Source: an uncultured Verrucomicrobia subdivision 3 bacterium
GTDB lineage: Bacteria > Verrucomicrobiota > Verrucomicrobiia > Limisphaerales > UBA11358
Direction: 5' to 3'
NCBI GenBank assembly: GCA_903872345.1
Contig: CAIQKM010000157.1
Coordinates: 10,755-74,754, forward strand
Length of the DNA: 64,000 nt
Shown: one piece after another, positions 1-9,937 of the stretch
Numbering within the stretch: position 1 is the stretch's first letter
Layout of the letters: each line of letters starts with the position of its first letter
Program-made: the position numbers and the translations under genes
The notes under the pieces: model-generated
What the model was told of the DNA's origin: nothing
Seen by the model: only the letters and a program-made list of their open reading frames with translations
Databases searched by the model: none

Positions 1-324
1 CCGCTGACTTCGGAGGTGCGCCATCATCTGTACCTGGCGGTGCGGGAGGCGTTGAACAACATTGCCAAGCATTCGCAGGCCACGGAAGTGTGGCTGCGAA
101 TCCGAACTCAACCGCCCGGGGTGCTATGCGTGCTGATCGAGGACAACGGGCGCGGGTTTGATCCGGCGGCGGGGGCGGGGGCGGGCGAGGGGCTGGCAAA
201 TATGCGGGGGCGGCTGGAGAAAATTGGCGGGCGGTTTGAATATGAGACGCGGCCCGGGGCGGGGGTGGTCTGCCGACTGATGCTGCCGGTGGAGGAAAAA
301 CGGCCCGGCCAACGGGAGACTTGA
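1..324 (+). CDS. Sensor histidine kinase, C-terminal HATPase_c fragment (5' part lies outside the window)
   Basis: The frame of ORF 16..324 stays open back to nt 1. VRHHLYLAVREALNNIAKH, IEDNGRGF and GLANMRGRLEKIGG are the N, G1 and G2 boxes of a HisKA_3/NarX-class kinase. It is a clear paralog of the C-termini of the kinases at 16126..19164 and 34035..37184. Confidence 0.85.
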   Translation, partial: PLTSEVRHHLYLAVREALNNIAKHSQATEVWLRIRTQPPGVLCVLIEDNGRGFDPAAGAGAGEGLANMRGRLEKIGGRFEYETRPGAGVVCRLMLPVEEKRPGQRET

Positions 325-396
325 AATGTGACGGCGCCTGGCGCAGGTTGTCGGGACATGGAAACGGCGGCGCGGTGACGCAAAGAGTTTAACATC

Positions 397-1020
397 ATGA
401 TGACATCGGTTGCGATAGTGGAAGACAACAACGACTTTCGGGCCACGCTGGCGCGTTATCTGAACGAGGCGCCGGGGTACAAATGCGTCTTTGCGTGCAG
501 CACCTCGGAGGAGGCGCTGCAGAAGATTCCGCGCCTGCTGCCGGACGTGGTGCTGATGGATGTACACCTGCCGAACATGTCGGGCGTGGACTGCACGCGG
601 CGGCTGAAAGAGCTTTGTCCGACGGTTCAGATCCTGATCCTGACGGTGTACGAGGATAACGAAAAAATATTTGGCGCGCTCAAGGCGGGGGCGGGCGGGT
701 ATTTGTTGAAACGGGCGGATCCGGCGGACATTTTGCGGGCGATTCAGGATGTGAAGCAGGGCGGGGCGCCGATGAGCAACCAGATTGCGCGGCGGGTGGT
801 GCAGTCGTTCCGGGAAAATTCCGGCGCGGCGGCGAAGGTGGAGGGGCTGTCGCAGCGGGAGGAGGAGATTTTGCAGAATCTGTCCAAGGGCTATTCCACG
901 AAGGAAATCGCGGAGCGGCTGTCGGTGAGCGTGAACACGGTGCGCACCCATTTGCAGCACATCTACGACAAGCTGCATGTGCGGTCGCGGACGGAGGCGG
1001 TTGCAAAATTTCTTCAGTAG
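397..1020 (+). CDS. NarL/FixJ-family response regulator (receiver + LuxR-type HTH)
   Basis: Receiver motifs VAIVEDN, PDVVLMDVHLPNMSG, ILTVY and GYLLK. C-terminal LuxR/GerE HTH: LSQREEEILQNLSKGYSTKEIAERLSVSVNTVRTHLQHIYDKLHV. Confidence 0.92.
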   Translation: MMTSVAIVEDNNDFRATLARYLNEAPGYKCVFACSTSEEALQKIPRLLPDVVLMDVHLPNMSGVDCTRRLKELCPTVQILILTVYEDNEKIFGALKAGAGGYLLKRADPADILRAIQDVKQGGAPMSNQIARRVVQSFRENSGAAAKVEGLSQREEEILQNLSKGYSTKEIAERLSVSVNTVRTHLQHIYDKLHVRSRTEAVAKFLQ

Positions 1021-1383
1021 CAGGCCGGCGACATCATCCGTTCGGGCGATGGACGATGCCGGGTGGCGCCATTAATTTGCAGCGGTGAAAATTCCGGCCG
1101 GCCGCCACCGCGATTGCCGCCGCCGCGGCGCCGGCAATGATCCGAAAAATAACGGAGGCGCCGGGCCGGCGATCTTAACCAGGCAAAGGGGCGGCGGCGG
1201 GCTTATGGTCAAAATCATTCATTTGGATGATGCGCGCCCGGGGCTGGTTTCGGCTAGAGTTGCCAATATCAGCACCCCGACAACACAAAATAGAAGCGAC
1301 CAACAACCGAAACAGTCTTTCCACAGCCTGGTTTTTTGCAACCCAACCATCAACCCCCAACCCCGAACAAACCCCTGGCCCCT

Positions 1384-4300
1384 ATGAAACCAATCATCGC
1401 CCTAGGCATCGCCCTGGCATCCGCCCTGGCGGCGGAGGCGCAATACACGCCCGTCTCGCTCACTGCCGGCAGTTATAACAAGGACATCGTGGTCGAACAG
1501 AGCGCGCCGCATATTCCGGCGCAGCCGACGACAGCCTCGATGGATAACGGATCCGGAAACACGGGCTACGGCTGGTATGAGCGCGGCTTTGACCCCTCCG
1601 CGACTTCGACCGGGGTGCCGGCGGCGGGATCGACCTTTACGAGCGAATCATTTTCGGATCATTCGTACAAGATGGCGCCAAGTTACACGGCGAATAACGC
1701 AGTGTTGATTGATGCCACGGTGACGAGCGACACGGTGACGGTGAGTTCGCCGAGTTCGTTTTCGGCGTTGTCATTCCTGGTGTCTTCCGGCAACGGGTCG
1801 GTGACGGTCAATTACACGGTGCACCATGCCGATGCCACGACGGACACGGGCAGTTTCAACACGCAGGACTGGTTTTCCGGCGGCGGGCAGGCGGTGACGG
1901 CGAACGGGCGGCTGGATGTGCGGAGCCTGAGTCTGGCGAATGTGAACAGCGGGTTCCCCAAGATATACTCGGCGGACATCACGCTGACGCATACGGGCAG
2001 CCCGGTGACGGGCATTGACTTGAATTACAGCGGCGGGGGCGGGCACGCCTGCATTTTTGCGGTGAGCGGCTCGACCGGTTCGGGTTTTACGCCCATCACC
2101 ATCACGGGCTACAACGAGGACATGGTGGTGGAAAAAACACCGGCGTTGAACGGTTCCTACACCTCCGTCTCCATGGACGGCGGCACGGGGAACAACGGCA
2201 ACAGTTGGTATGAGGCGGGCTTTGACGGCCAGGCGCCGACTACCGGGCTGCCGGCGGCCGGTTCCACAATTGTGGATGCGTCCGCCTCGGATCATTCCTT
2301 CACCATGGCACCGACCTACGCGGCGAACAATGTGGCGTATCTGGACTCCACCCACGGCACGACGCTGGTGCTAAACTCGCCGGATTTCTTTTCGGGAATC
2401 TCCTTCCTCGGCAGCGCCGGGCACGGGCCGATCACGGTGGATTACTCGGTGAACCATGCGGACGGGACTTCGGAGACGGGCACTATCAGCGTGCCGGACT
2501 GGTTCAGCGGCGGGCTGGTGGCGTATGTTGCCAACGGCCGGGTGGATGTGGGCAGCGGCCAGTTTGCGAACGTGAACAGCGGGTATCCGCGACTGTTTGC
2601 AATGGACATTCCGGTGAACAATTCGGGCAGTCAGGTGACGAGCATCCAGTTGAGCTATGACAGCGGCAATACGAGCGGCGGCATTGCGGCGATTTTCGCG
2701 GTGAGCGGGGTGAGCGTGCCGACGGCGCCGACCGCGCCGTTCAATCTGGCGGTTTCCCCGGCGGCGCAGACGCAGTACTTGGGCGGGCAGGCTTACTTTC
2801 AAGTGGCGGCCAGCGGAACGTTGCCGTTGAGCTATCAGTGGAACAAGGGTGGCACGCCGATTGCCGGGGCTACGAACGCCACGCTGGCGCTGGCCGGGTT
2901 GGCGGCGGGGGACGCGGCGACTTATACGTGTACGGTGACCAATCTGGGCGGCGCGGTGACGAGCGGTAACGGGGTGCTGACGGTGTCAGCCCTGCCATCG
3001 GGAGCGCCGGGTCTGGTGCTGGGCGATCATCCGCTGGCTTACTACCGCTTGAATGAAGGGGCGGTGGTGCCGGAAACGGCGACGAACCTGGGCAGCCTGG
3101 GCACGAATGGCAATGGTTTTTATTATCCGGGCGGCATGCATCAGGTGCCCGGGGCGCTGGCGGGCGATCCCGACACGGCGGCGGGCTACACGGGCATTGA
3201 TGTGAGCTCTGAAGACGGGGCGGTGCCGACGATTGTGCCGTACACGCCGGCGATCAACCCGAATGGTTCGTTCACGGTGGAGGCGTGGCTGAATCCGGAG
3301 TTGCAGGGGAACCTGGGAAATGCGCAGGCACCGTTCAATAACCAGTTCAATGATGTGAACGGCAACCGGGTTGGCTGGGATTTCTTCCAGCGCGCGGCGG
3401 CCACCCAGACGCCGGATTCGCACGGTCCGGGATTCAGTTTCCGCATGTTTAACGGAACTTCGGGCAGTGAGGATCAGACCACGGTATTCAATCTGACGGG
3501 CGGCAATTACCAGCCGGGGCAATGGTGCCATCTGGTGGCGGTTTATGATGCCGCGGTGCCGTCGGCGACGCTATATTTGAACGGCGTGCAGGTGGCGCAG
3601 TCCACCAGTCCAAACGGCACCTATGTGGCCAACACCAATTCGCCTTTCGCCATCGGCGGCTATCCGGATGGTTCGCAGAATCCGTTCATCGGCGCGATTG
3701 ACGAGGTGGCGCTTTACAACGGCCCGCTTTCGGCCGACCAGGTGCTGGCCCACTATATGAACGGGACAAATGCGTCACGCGCTTCGTCCTATTCCTCCGT
3801 GGTGCTCGGGGATGGGGCGGTGGAATATCTGCGGCTGGATGAGCCGGAAAAGAATCCGGCGCCGAACCAGGGTGTGCTCGGCCCGGTGCTCAACGGAGCT
3901 TACTTTGGCACGCAAAACGGGGTGGCCGGTCCGCAGTCGCCCGCCTATCTGGGCTTTGCGGCCACCAATACGGCGGCGGCGTTCAATACAACGAACAGCT
4001 ATATTGAGCTGGAAAATCCGGCGGGCTTGAACTTCACCGGACCGATCACGCTGGAAGCCTGGGTGCAGCCGGCGGCGGTGCAGGGGGGCGAATCGTATGT
4101 GCTGGCGCATGGCGGCAATGACACGTGGTCCGGGGAAACGGTGTTGCGTTTGCAGGGCGGCTATTATCAGATCGGATCGGAATACGGCAATGCGAGTGCG
4201 GCCATACCGGCCGGAGATTTGGGCGGCGGCCAGTGGATTTACCTGGTCGGCACGTGGGACGGGGCGAACTGGAAACTGTACCGCAACTCGGTGCTGCTGG

Positions 4301-5622
4301 CGACCTCGGCGGACGCGACGGGGCCGGTGACGATTGCCAACGCGAACTGGGCGATCGGGGCGCGCGGCCGCTGGAAGCGCGAAACCGGTCTGGTGGATCC
4401 CGGCCAGGACACGCGTATTTTCAACGGCGCGATTGACGAGGTGGCGATTTACAATCAGGCGCTCTCCCAGGCCAGCATTCAGGCGCATTATTTCATGGGC
4501 AAATATGGCACCACCAACGCGCCCGCCACGGTGCTGGTGCAGCCGGTGCCGCAGACACGATACATCGGCGCCACGGCCACTTTTAGCGTGGTGGCCGGCG
4601 GAGCCACGCCGCTCTCGTACCAGTGGGTTAAAAACACCACCCCGATCACCGGGGCGACGAATTCGTCGCTGACGCTGACGAATGTGCATCCGGCGGACGC
4701 GGCCAATTACAGCGTGACGGTCAGCAATGTGATCGGTTCGACCAACAGCGCGGCGGCGGCGCTGACGGTCGTCTCCGGCTACGGCGCGGTGGTGTCCGGC
4801 GACCAGCCGGTGGCGTTTTATCCGCTGAACGAAACCAGCGGCACGGTGGCGTATGACGCCTTCTCCGGCACCTACAACGGCACTTATGAAAACGGCCCGA
4901 CGCTGGGAGTGGCCGGGGCCACGGTGAACACGGGCACGGCGGTGGCATTCAACGGTTCCAACCAGTCGGTGCTGCTGGGCAGTCCGGCGGGCTTGAACCT
5001 GACGGGCCAAATCACCTTCGAGGCCTGGATTTATCCGACGGCCACGAGCGGCGACCGCGATATTTTCGGCCGCGGTTACACGTTCAGCCCGTCCTGGGGC
5101 GAAATGGTGCTGCGGATTGAAAACGGCGTTTATGAGGTCGGCGTCTGGAATGGCAATAATTATCAGGCCACGGCCACGATGCCGACGGGCGATTTGAACA
5201 ACTGGGTTTACCTGGCGGGCACTTATGATGGCAGCCAGTGGAACCTGTACCGGAATGGTACACTTGTGGGCACCGGCGGGGCCGGAGTTGGACCGTTTAC
5301 GATCGGGGCGGATCTGGCGATTGGCGACGGCACGGCCAATGGCAACGGCCGCGCGTTCCAAGGCTCGATCCAGGATGCGGCGATCTACGGTTATGCGCTG
5401 CCGGCGAGCCGGATCAAGTCGCACTATCAGGCCGGGCTGTACTTCTCCACCAGCGTGCTGGCGATTGGCACGAGTGGCGGCAAACCGGCGCTCACGTGGC
5501 AGGCGGGCACGCTTCAGTCTTCCACCAATGTGATGGGACCGTATGTGGATCTGCCGAGCGCCACTTCGCCGTATGTGCCGGCGACCGGGGCGGCGCAACA
5601 GTTCTATCGCATTAAATATTGA
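1384..5622 (+). CDS. Giant secreted multi-domain protein: 2 unknown N-terminal repeats + 2 Ig-like + 3 LamG/ConA-like lectin domains + FYR-type C-terminal module
   Basis: Within ORF 1336..5622, the ATG at 1384 gives the signal peptide [20 protein letters not shown]. There are two tandem ~210 aa repeats (about 1444..2070 and 2086..2710). Two Ig-like modules carry LSYQW..G.P..GATN..L...Y. Three LamG-like modules each end in IDEVA[LI]YN..L....[IV].AHY or [20 protein letters not shown]. The tail is [10 protein letters not shown]. Confidence 0.85.
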   Translation: MKPIIALGIALASALAAEAQYTPVSLTAGSYNKDIVVEQSAPHIPAQPTTASMDNGSGNTGYGWYERGFDPSATSTGVPAAGSTFTSESFSDHSYKMAPSYTANNAVLIDATVTSDTVTVSSPSSFSALSFLVSSGNGSVTVNYTVHHADATTDTGSFNTQDWFSGGGQAVTANGRLDVRSLSLANVNSGFPKIYSADITLTHTGSPVTGIDLNYSGGGGHACIFAVSGSTGSGFTPITITGYNEDMVVEKTPALNGSYTSVSMDGGTGNNGNSWYEAGFDGQAPTTGLPAAGSTIVDASASDHSFTMAPTYAANNVAYLDSTHGTTLVLNSPDFFSGISFLGSAGHGPITVDYSVNHADGTSETGTISVPDWFSGGLVAYVANGRVDVGSGQFANVNSGYPRLFAMDIPVNNSGSQVTSIQLSYDSGNTSGGIAAIFAVSGVSVPTAPTAPFNLAVSPAAQTQYLGGQAYFQVAASGTLPLSYQWNKGGTPIAGATNATLALAGLAAGDAATYTCTVTNLGGAVTSGNGVLTVSALPSGAPGLVLGDHPLAYYRLNEGAVVPETATNLGSLGTNGNGFYYPGGMHQVPGALAGDPDTAAGYTGIDVSSEDGAVPTIVPYTPAINPNGSFTVEAWLNPELQGNLGNAQAPFNNQFNDVNGNRVGWDFFQRAAATQTPDSHGPGFSFRMFNGTSGSEDQTTVFNLTGGNYQPGQWCHLVAVYDAAVPSATLYLNGVQVAQSTSPNGTYVANTNSPFAIGGYPDGSQNPFIGAIDEVALYNGPLSADQVLAHYMNGTNASRASSYSSVVLGDGAVEYLRLDEPEKNPAPNQGVLGPVLNGAYFGTQNGVAGPQSPAYLGFAATNTAAAFNTTNSYIELENPAGLNFTGPITLEAWVQPAAVQGGESYVLAHGGNDTWSGETVLRLQGGYYQIGSEYGNASAAIPAGDLGGGQWIYLVGTWDGANWKLYRNSVLLATSADATGPVTIANANWAIGARGRWKRETGLVDPGQDTRIFNGAIDEVAIYNQALSQASIQAHYFMGKYGTTNAPATVLVQPVPQTRYIGATATFSVVAGGATPLSYQWVKNTTPITGATNSSLTLTNVHPADAANYSVTVSNVIGSTNSAAAALTVVSGYGAVVSGDQPVAFYPLNETSGTVAYDAFSGTYNGTYENGPTLGVAGATVNTGTAVAFNGSNQSVLLGSPAGLNLTGQITFEAWIYPTATSGDRDIFGRGYTFSPSWGEMVLRIENGVYEVGVWNGNNYQATATMPTGDLNNWVYLAGTYDGSQWNLYRNGTLVGTGGAGVGPFTIGADLAIGDGTANGNGRAFQGSIQDAAIYGYALPASRIKSHYQAGLYFSTSVLAIGTSGGKPALTWQAGTLQSSTNVMGPYVDLPSATSPYVPATGAAQQFYRIKY

Positions 5623-5652
5623 GGGCGATGTCCCGATACAGTTCAGCCAAAC

Positions 5653-5678
5653 GGAGGCCGGGTTTTGGCCCGGCCTCC
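5653..5678 (+). other. Intergenic GC stem-loop between the giant gene and the pseudopilin-like gene (no U-tract)
   Basis: ggaggccggg (5653..5662) is the perfect reverse complement of cccggcctcc (5669..5678), with the loop ttttgg. It is followed by ggcaaataaaaATG, so it is not a canonical intrinsic terminator. Confidence 0.4.
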
Positions 5679-5689
5679 GGCAAATAAAA

Positions 5690-6553
5690 ATGAGCACCAG
5701 ACCGGTAACAATTTCAGGCCAAACCAGCGGAAGGGCGTTTACGCTCATCGAATTGCTGGTGGTGATTGCCATCATTGCGATTCTGGCGGCGCTGCTGCTG
5801 CCGGTGCTGGGCAAGGCCAAGGCGCGGGCGCAGGCGATTCAATGCATGGGCAATACGAAGCAGCTATTGCTGGCGTGGAAGATGTACATTGATGACAATA
5901 ACAGCGTGCTGCCGCCGAACGAGGAATCACCCATTACGCCCGCCGAAACGTGGGTGGTGGGGAACATGGATTATTCCGGCAGCGCCAATCCGGACAATAC
6001 CAACACGGCCTATTTGACCAATCCGAATTATGCGAAGCTGGCGATCTATGCCCGGTCGGCCGCCATGTACAAATGCCCGGCGGATCAGAGCGCCTGGCTG
6101 GGGCACGCGGGTCTGCCGCGGGTGCGGAGCGTTTCCATGAACCAGGCGGTCGGGCCGAATGTTTACGGCAATGACGGGGCGCAGCAGTCCACGGGAAATC
6201 TTCGCGGTCATTACCTGCCCAATCCGACCTACCTCGTCTATGTGAAGGAAAACCAGATGAACAACCCGGGGGCGGCCAATCTGTGGGTGATGATTGACGA
6301 GCATCCGGATTTCATCAACGACGCGGCGTTTGCGGTGACGATGGTATCCCAAGGGTGGATTGATTATCCGGCGACTTATCATAACGGAGCCTCGGGCATC
6401 TCATTCGCCGACGGGCATTCGGAAATTCACAAATGGCTCCAGCCCGGGAAAATCGCGCCCGTCCTGTACCAGACACAAAACGGCTTCGCCGGCAACACGG
6501 CTCCCAATGCGGACGTGGTGTGGTTGCAACAACGGACCTCGGCCCTGAGATAA
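5690..6553 (+). CDS. Prepilin-type N-terminal cleavage/methylation domain protein, H-X9-DG (DUF1559-like) family
   Basis: The ATG at 5690 lies inside ORF 5543..6553. The N-terminus [27 protein letters not shown] is the class III signal / N-methylation motif. Near the C-terminus, [14 protein letters not shown] is an exact H-X9-DG. Confidence 0.9.
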   Translation: MSTRPVTISGQTSGRAFTLIELLVVIAIIAILAALLLPVLGKAKARAQAIQCMGNTKQLLLAWKMYIDDNNSVLPPNEESPITPAETWVVGNMDYSGSANPDNTNTAYLTNPNYAKLAIYARSAAMYKCPADQSAWLGHAGLPRVRSVSMNQAVGPNVYGNDGAQQSTGNLRGHYLPNPTYLVYVKENQMNNPGAANLWVMIDEHPDFINDAAFAVTMVSQGWIDYPATYHNGASGISFADGHSEIHKWLQPGKIAPVLYQTQNGFAGNTAPNADVVWLQQRTSALR

Positions 6554-6639
6554 GGAGCGGACCGTCACATGGTTTTTGGCATCTGGCCGGACCGGTTCCC
6601 GCAGGGAATGGTCCGGTGCAGGGAGAAAATTTTTACCTC

Positions 6640-8055
6640 ATGAACCGCAGAGATTTTATACGCAGTGCAACCGTCGCTGCCGCCGGCGTCCTCCTTGGAA
6701 ACCCGGGCCGGGCGGCGGGTGCGGGGTTTTCCGTTGTCCGTCGGCCGGCCGGGCAACGGAAATTCAGCAGCGCCGCGGTGGAAAAAACAATTCGGCGTGT
6801 GCAGGGCTCGCTGGACAACCGCGAGCTGGGCTGGATGTTTGAGAACTGCTTTCCGAACACGCTGGATACGACGGTGAATTTCGCGCTGTTGAACGGGCAG
6901 CCGGATACGTATGTCATCACCGGGGACATTGATGCCATGTGGCTGCGGGACAGTTCGGCGCAAGTCTGGCCGTACCTGCCCTTGATGGCCGAGGATCCGG
7001 CGTTGCAACAGCTCATTGCCGGGGTGATCAATCGCCAGACCCGCTGCATCCTGAAGGATTCGTACGCGAATGCGTTTTATCGAGACGAGCATCAAATAAG
7101 CCAGTGGCAGGGCGACCGGACGGAGATGAAACCGGGGGTGCATGAGCGCAAATGGGAGATTGATTCCCTGTGCTTTCCGGTCCGACTGGCTTACGGGTAC
7201 TGGAAAACGACGGGTGACAGCACGCCTTTCAATCCGGCCTGGCAGCAGGCGGTGCGGCGGATATTGGAGACTTTTCGCGAGCAGCAGCGCAAGCACGGTC
7301 CGGGGCCGTACCGGTTTCAACGCAACACGGAAGTTGCCACGGACACTCTGGCGGGCGGCGGCTATGGCCGGCCGGCCCGACCGGTGGGGCTGATATGCTC
7401 GATGTTCCGGCCGAGCGATGATGCGACGGTTTTTCCGTATCTGGTGCCGTCCAATTTTTTTGCGGTGGCCAGCCTGCGGCAGGCGGCGGAGATGGTGGAG
7501 CAGATTCAGCGGGACACCGATTTGGCGGCCCAATGCCGGGGCCTGGCCGACGAGGTGGAGCGGGCGCTCCAGCGGTATGCGGTGGTGACGCATGAAAAAT
7601 TCGGTCGCATCTATGCCTATGAAGTGGATGCCTTCGGCAACGCCTATTGCATTGATGACGGGAATGTGCCCAGTCTGCTTTCGCTGCCGTATCTTTCGGC
7701 GGTGAAGCCGGATGACGAAATCTATCTGAATACGCGGCGGTTTGTGCTGTCGGACAACGACCCGTATTACTGCCAGGGGCGGGCGGCCAGCGGGCCGGGC
7801 GGGCCACATGCCGGGATCGGCATGATTTGGCCGCTGGGGTTGACGGTGCAGGGACTGACGAGCAACGACGACGATGAAATCCGGCGTTGTCTCGACACCT
7901 TGCGGCGGACACATGCGGGCACGGGCTTTATGCATGAGGCCTTTGACCAGGATGATCCCAACCGGTTTACCCGGCCCTGGTTTGCCTGGGCGAACACGAT
8001 GTTTGGCGAATTTATTCTCAAAGTATTGGCGGAACGTCCCCGGCTTTTAACCTAG
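6640..8055 (+). CDS. GH125-like exo-alpha-1,6-mannosidase (DUF1237 family)
   Basis: The ATG at 6640 gives a twin-arginine signal, MNRRDFIRSATVAAAGVLLG. VITGDIDAMWLRDSSAQVWPYL, WEIDSLCFPVRLAY, GMIWPLGL, MHEAFD and WFAWANTMFGE match my recollection of GH125 conserved blocks. Confidence 0.82.
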   Translation: MNRRDFIRSATVAAAGVLLGNPGRAAGAGFSVVRRPAGQRKFSSAAVEKTIRRVQGSLDNRELGWMFENCFPNTLDTTVNFALLNGQPDTYVITGDIDAMWLRDSSAQVWPYLPLMAEDPALQQLIAGVINRQTRCILKDSYANAFYRDEHQISQWQGDRTEMKPGVHERKWEIDSLCFPVRLAYGYWKTTGDSTPFNPAWQQAVRRILETFREQQRKHGPGPYRFQRNTEVATDTLAGGGYGRPARPVGLICSMFRPSDDATVFPYLVPSNFFAVASLRQAAEMVEQIQRDTDLAAQCRGLADEVERALQRYAVVTHEKFGRIYAYEVDAFGNAYCIDDGNVPSLLSLPYLSAVKPDDEIYLNTRRFVLSDNDPYYCQGRAASGPGGPHAGIGMIWPLGLTVQGLTSNDDDEIRRCLDTLRRTHAGTGFMHEAFDQDDPNRFTRPWFAWANTMFGEFILKVLAERPRLLT

Positions 8056-8122
8056 CCGTCTCAAGTTATTTATTTAAACAAACCTCAAACGCTGAACTGC
8101 AAGCTTATCACCTGATATTAAA

Positions 8123-9931
8123 ATGAAACATCTGATCATCACCTTGCTGACACTGGCAGCTTGTCTGGGACCGCAAGCCCGGGCGGCCGATACCGTCGGC
8201 GATAACCCTTACCTGAATGAAACCCCGGCGCAGCATGACGCCCGGATGAAATGGTTCCGCGAGGCGCGGTTTGGCATGTTTATCCATTGGGGACTGTATT
8301 CGCAGGCGGCGGGCAAATGGGATGGCAAAGCGACGAGCGGCGCGGGCGAATGGATGATGAATGATATGCAGATTCCGGATTCGCAATACGCGAAGCTGGT
8401 GCCGCAGTTCAATCCGGTGAAATTCGACGCGCGCGCCTGGGTGCAACTGGCCAAAAGCGCGGGGATGAAGTACATCGTGATCACGACGAAGCACCATGAA
8501 GGGTTTGCCATGTATCCCTCCGCGCTTACGGATTGGTGCCTGAAGTCCACGCCCTTCCAGCGCGATCCGCTGAAGGAGCTGTCGGTGGCCTGCCAGGAGG
8601 CGGGGATCAAGCTGTGTTTTTACCATTCGATCATGGACTGGCATCATCCGGACTATCTGCCGCACAAGCCGTGGAACGACCAGGCGAATGCGAATCCCGA
8701 TTTCGAGCGGTATGTAACATTCATGAAAGGCCAGCTCAAGGAGTTGCTGACCAATTACGGTCCGATCGGGCTGCTGTGGTTCGACGGCAACTGGGAGAAC
8801 TCATGGAACTATGAGCGCGGGGCGGACCTGTATAAGTACATTCGCGGCATCCAGCCGGATTTGATTGTGAACAATCGCGTGGGACAGGACCGCAACGGCA
8901 TCGCGGGCACGACGTCCGGCCAGGAACGGGTGGGCGATTACGGGACGCCGGAGCAGACCATTCCGGCGAACGGTTTCGGTCCGGGAGTGGATTGGGAAAC
9001 ATGCATGACGATGAATGACACGTGGGGGTTCAAGACCGATGACCAGAATTGGAAGTCCACGCAGACACTGATTCACAACTTGGTGGACATTGCGTCCAAG
9101 GGCGGCAATTACCTGCTGAACGTGGGACCGACGGGCGAGGGTTTGATTCCCGATGCGTCCATCGAACGGCTCAAGGAAATCGGCCGCTGGATGGAAGTGA
9201 ATGGCGAGGCGATTCACGCGACGACGGCGAGCCCGTTTGACCGGCAACTGCCGTGGGGCCGTTGCACGAGAAAAGTTGAGGGCGACAGCACCACGCTCTA
9301 TTTGCATGTGTTTGACTGGCCGGCGGACGGAAAACTGTTTGTGCCCGGGCTGATGAGCGCGGCGCAATCGGCCGGTCTGCTGGCCGACGCCAATGCGACG
9401 TTGAAGACGGAGACCGGCGAGCGCGGGACGACCGTATATCTCCCGCCGACCGCGCCGGACGGCATTTCCTCCACGGTGGTGCTGAAGTTCGCGGGCACGC
9501 CGGAAATTGTGGCGGTGCCGATTTTCCAGCAGGACGACGGTTCGGTGGTGTTGCCCGCCCGCGAAGCCCGCCTGCATGGCGCCACGATTCAATATGAAAC
9601 CACCGGCGGGCGCGACAACATTGGTTACTGGCTCAATCCGGCGGACTGGGCGGACTGGGACCTGGCGGTGAAGCAGCCGGGCAAATTCACCGTCACGGCG
9701 CAAATCGCCGCGCCGGCACTCACCTCCTTTGAACTGTCGGTGGCGGGGCAGACGTTGCGTTGCGGCGCACCGGTGACGGCGAATTATGATGCGTTCGAAA
9801 CGGTCGCGCTGGGAAACGTGGAGATTTCGGCGGCGGGCAAGGTAACGTTGTCATTGCATGCGCTAAAGGGCGGCTGGCAGCCGATGAATGTAAAGTCGGT
9901 GGGGTTAAAACCCGTCACGGCGAATCCCTGA
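8123..9931 (+). CDS. GH29 alpha-L-fucosidase with C-terminal beta-sandwich extension
   Basis: Signal peptide MKHLIITLLTLAACLGPQARA. MKWFREARFGMFIHWGLYS, YIVITTKHHEGFAMYPS and LLWFDGNWE are GH29 catalytic-domain hallmarks. Confidence 0.9.
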   Translation: MKHLIITLLTLAACLGPQARAADTVGDNPYLNETPAQHDARMKWFREARFGMFIHWGLYSQAAGKWDGKATSGAGEWMMNDMQIPDSQYAKLVPQFNPVKFDARAWVQLAKSAGMKYIVITTKHHEGFAMYPSALTDWCLKSTPFQRDPLKELSVACQEAGIKLCFYHSIMDWHHPDYLPHKPWNDQANANPDFERYVTFMKGQLKELLTNYGPIGLLWFDGNWENSWNYERGADLYKYIRGIQPDLIVNNRVGQDRNGIAGTTSGQERVGDYGTPEQTIPANGFGPGVDWETCMTMNDTWGFKTDDQNWKSTQTLIHNLVDIASKGGNYLLNVGPTGEGLIPDASIERLKEIGRWMEVNGEAIHATTASPFDRQLPWGRCTRKVEGDSTTLYLHVFDWPADGKLFVPGLMSAAQSAGLLADANATLKTETGERGTTVYLPPTAPDGISSTVVLKFAGTPEIVAVPIFQQDDGSVVLPAREARLHGATIQYETTGGRDNIGYWLNPADWADWDLAVKQPGKFTVTAQIAAPALTSFELSVAGQTLRCGAPVTANYDAFETVALGNVEISAAGKVTLSLHALKGGWQPMNVKSVGLKPVTANP

Positions 9932-9937
9932 TCTCGC

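Noticed and set aside
1085-1478. Small ORFs (100, 83 and 61 aa) in the 360-nt gap upstream of the LamG giant.
   Set aside because: They overlap one another in different frames, have Arg/Gly/Pro-rich low-complexity translations and lack any motif. The region is better explained as a promoter and leader.
5738-5812. The repeated ~75-nt blocks (also at 22309, 38078 and 54543) as a CRISPR array, IS ends or another non-coding repeat family.
   Set aside because: They are in frame within four separate genes and encode the conserved prepilin N-terminal helix. They have no regular spacing and no spacer structure. No CRISPR array is present in the window.
3775-5820. 681-aa minus-strand ORF antisense to the LamG giant gene. 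Similar long antisense ORFs occur at 124..978, 1771..2355, 2986..3531 and 8801..9703.
   Set aside because: The translations are Arg/Pro/Gly/His-rich and low in complexity, as expected for antisense frames of GC-rich coding DNA. The opposite strand carries recognisable domains and signal peptides.
5690-6553. Annotating the pseudopilin-like genes as parts of a type II secretion or type IV pilus operon.
   Set aside because: No secretin, assembly ATPase, platform protein or prepilin peptidase gene is adjacent or anywhere in the window. The genes are scattered singly within catabolic cassettes.
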